NCBI GenBank assembly: GCA_963743635.1
Contig: CAVUQO010000003.1
Span: 704,001 to 768,000, forward strand
Source of the DNA: Candidatus Babeliales bacterium
GTDB lineage: Bacteria; Babelota; Babeliae; Babelales; Vermiphilaceae
DNA: 64,000 nucleotides
Direction of reading: 5' to 3'
Made by a program: the position numbers and the translations under genes
The notes under the pieces: generated by a model
Seen by the model: only the letters and a program-made list of their open reading frames with translations
Databases searched by the model: none
Told to the model about the DNA's origin: nothing
Shown: positions 63,702-64,000 of the stretch, piece by piece
How positions within the stretch are numbered: position 1 is the stretch's first letter
Layout: each line of letters begins with the position of its first letter

Positions 63702-64000
63702 TCTCCTTCTTTGTGAATGAAATTAGTTCTAATTCTAGTTTTTACTAACCTGAGTTAGTAATATACAAAAGGTAACACTTTTACGATTGCCTTTTGTCTG
63801 ATCATCGTTCCGTGTATTTCAAAGATTTTTTATCTTAATTCAATATTACAAAATTTAATTTTTAAAAATCAAGAGTTGTATGCCAAAATTTCAATTTTAT
63901 GTTTCTATAAAAAGGATTTTCTCATCTAAATGAGTAAAAAAAGGGATTGCGATGATATCGCGCATACTTTGATTGGGACGTGAATCCCAGAGAATGAGAC

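Overview
Bacterial chromosomal window of moderate-low GC. It most likely comes from an intracellular protist parasite of Candidatus Dependentiae/Babelota (TM6); this is an inference from the many signal-peptide-bearing ankyrin/WD40/Sel1/SET proteins, a histone-H1-like protein and scattered core genes. Scattered 1-nt frameshifts in essential genes (ftsK, dnaK, rny) suggest long-read indel errors. Main points: (1) At least 9 paralogs of an uncharacterised, cysteine-rich, outer-membrane-beta-barrel-like family (7 in tandem at 1-14.5 kb, 2 at 31-34.6 kb). The tandem copies have their own terminators; five share a poly-A promoter and three share a covarying leader hairpin. This suggests a Chlamydia-like disulfide-cross-linked or variable surface system. 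(2) Four copies of the ychF 3' end bracket effector-like cargo genes, suggesting a gene-accretion hotspot with no visible integrase. (3) Candidate ubiquitin-system mimics (Skp1/F-box/WD40 fusion; U-box-like + Sel1), a secreted SET protein, and a GH1 lacking its acid/base Glu. (4) Dispersed and nested REP-like palindromes, an HspR-type operator at dnaK, a uORF-containing ABC-exporter leader, a candidate 6S RNA, and a compositionally anomalous region at 44.2-45.9 kb. The rest is housekeeping (uppP, ftsK, murF, rsmH, spoVG, tRNA-Gln, maf, htpX, hspR, ychF, dnaK, galU, carD, miaA, recA, infC-rpmI-rplT, zapA, rny, ymdB).
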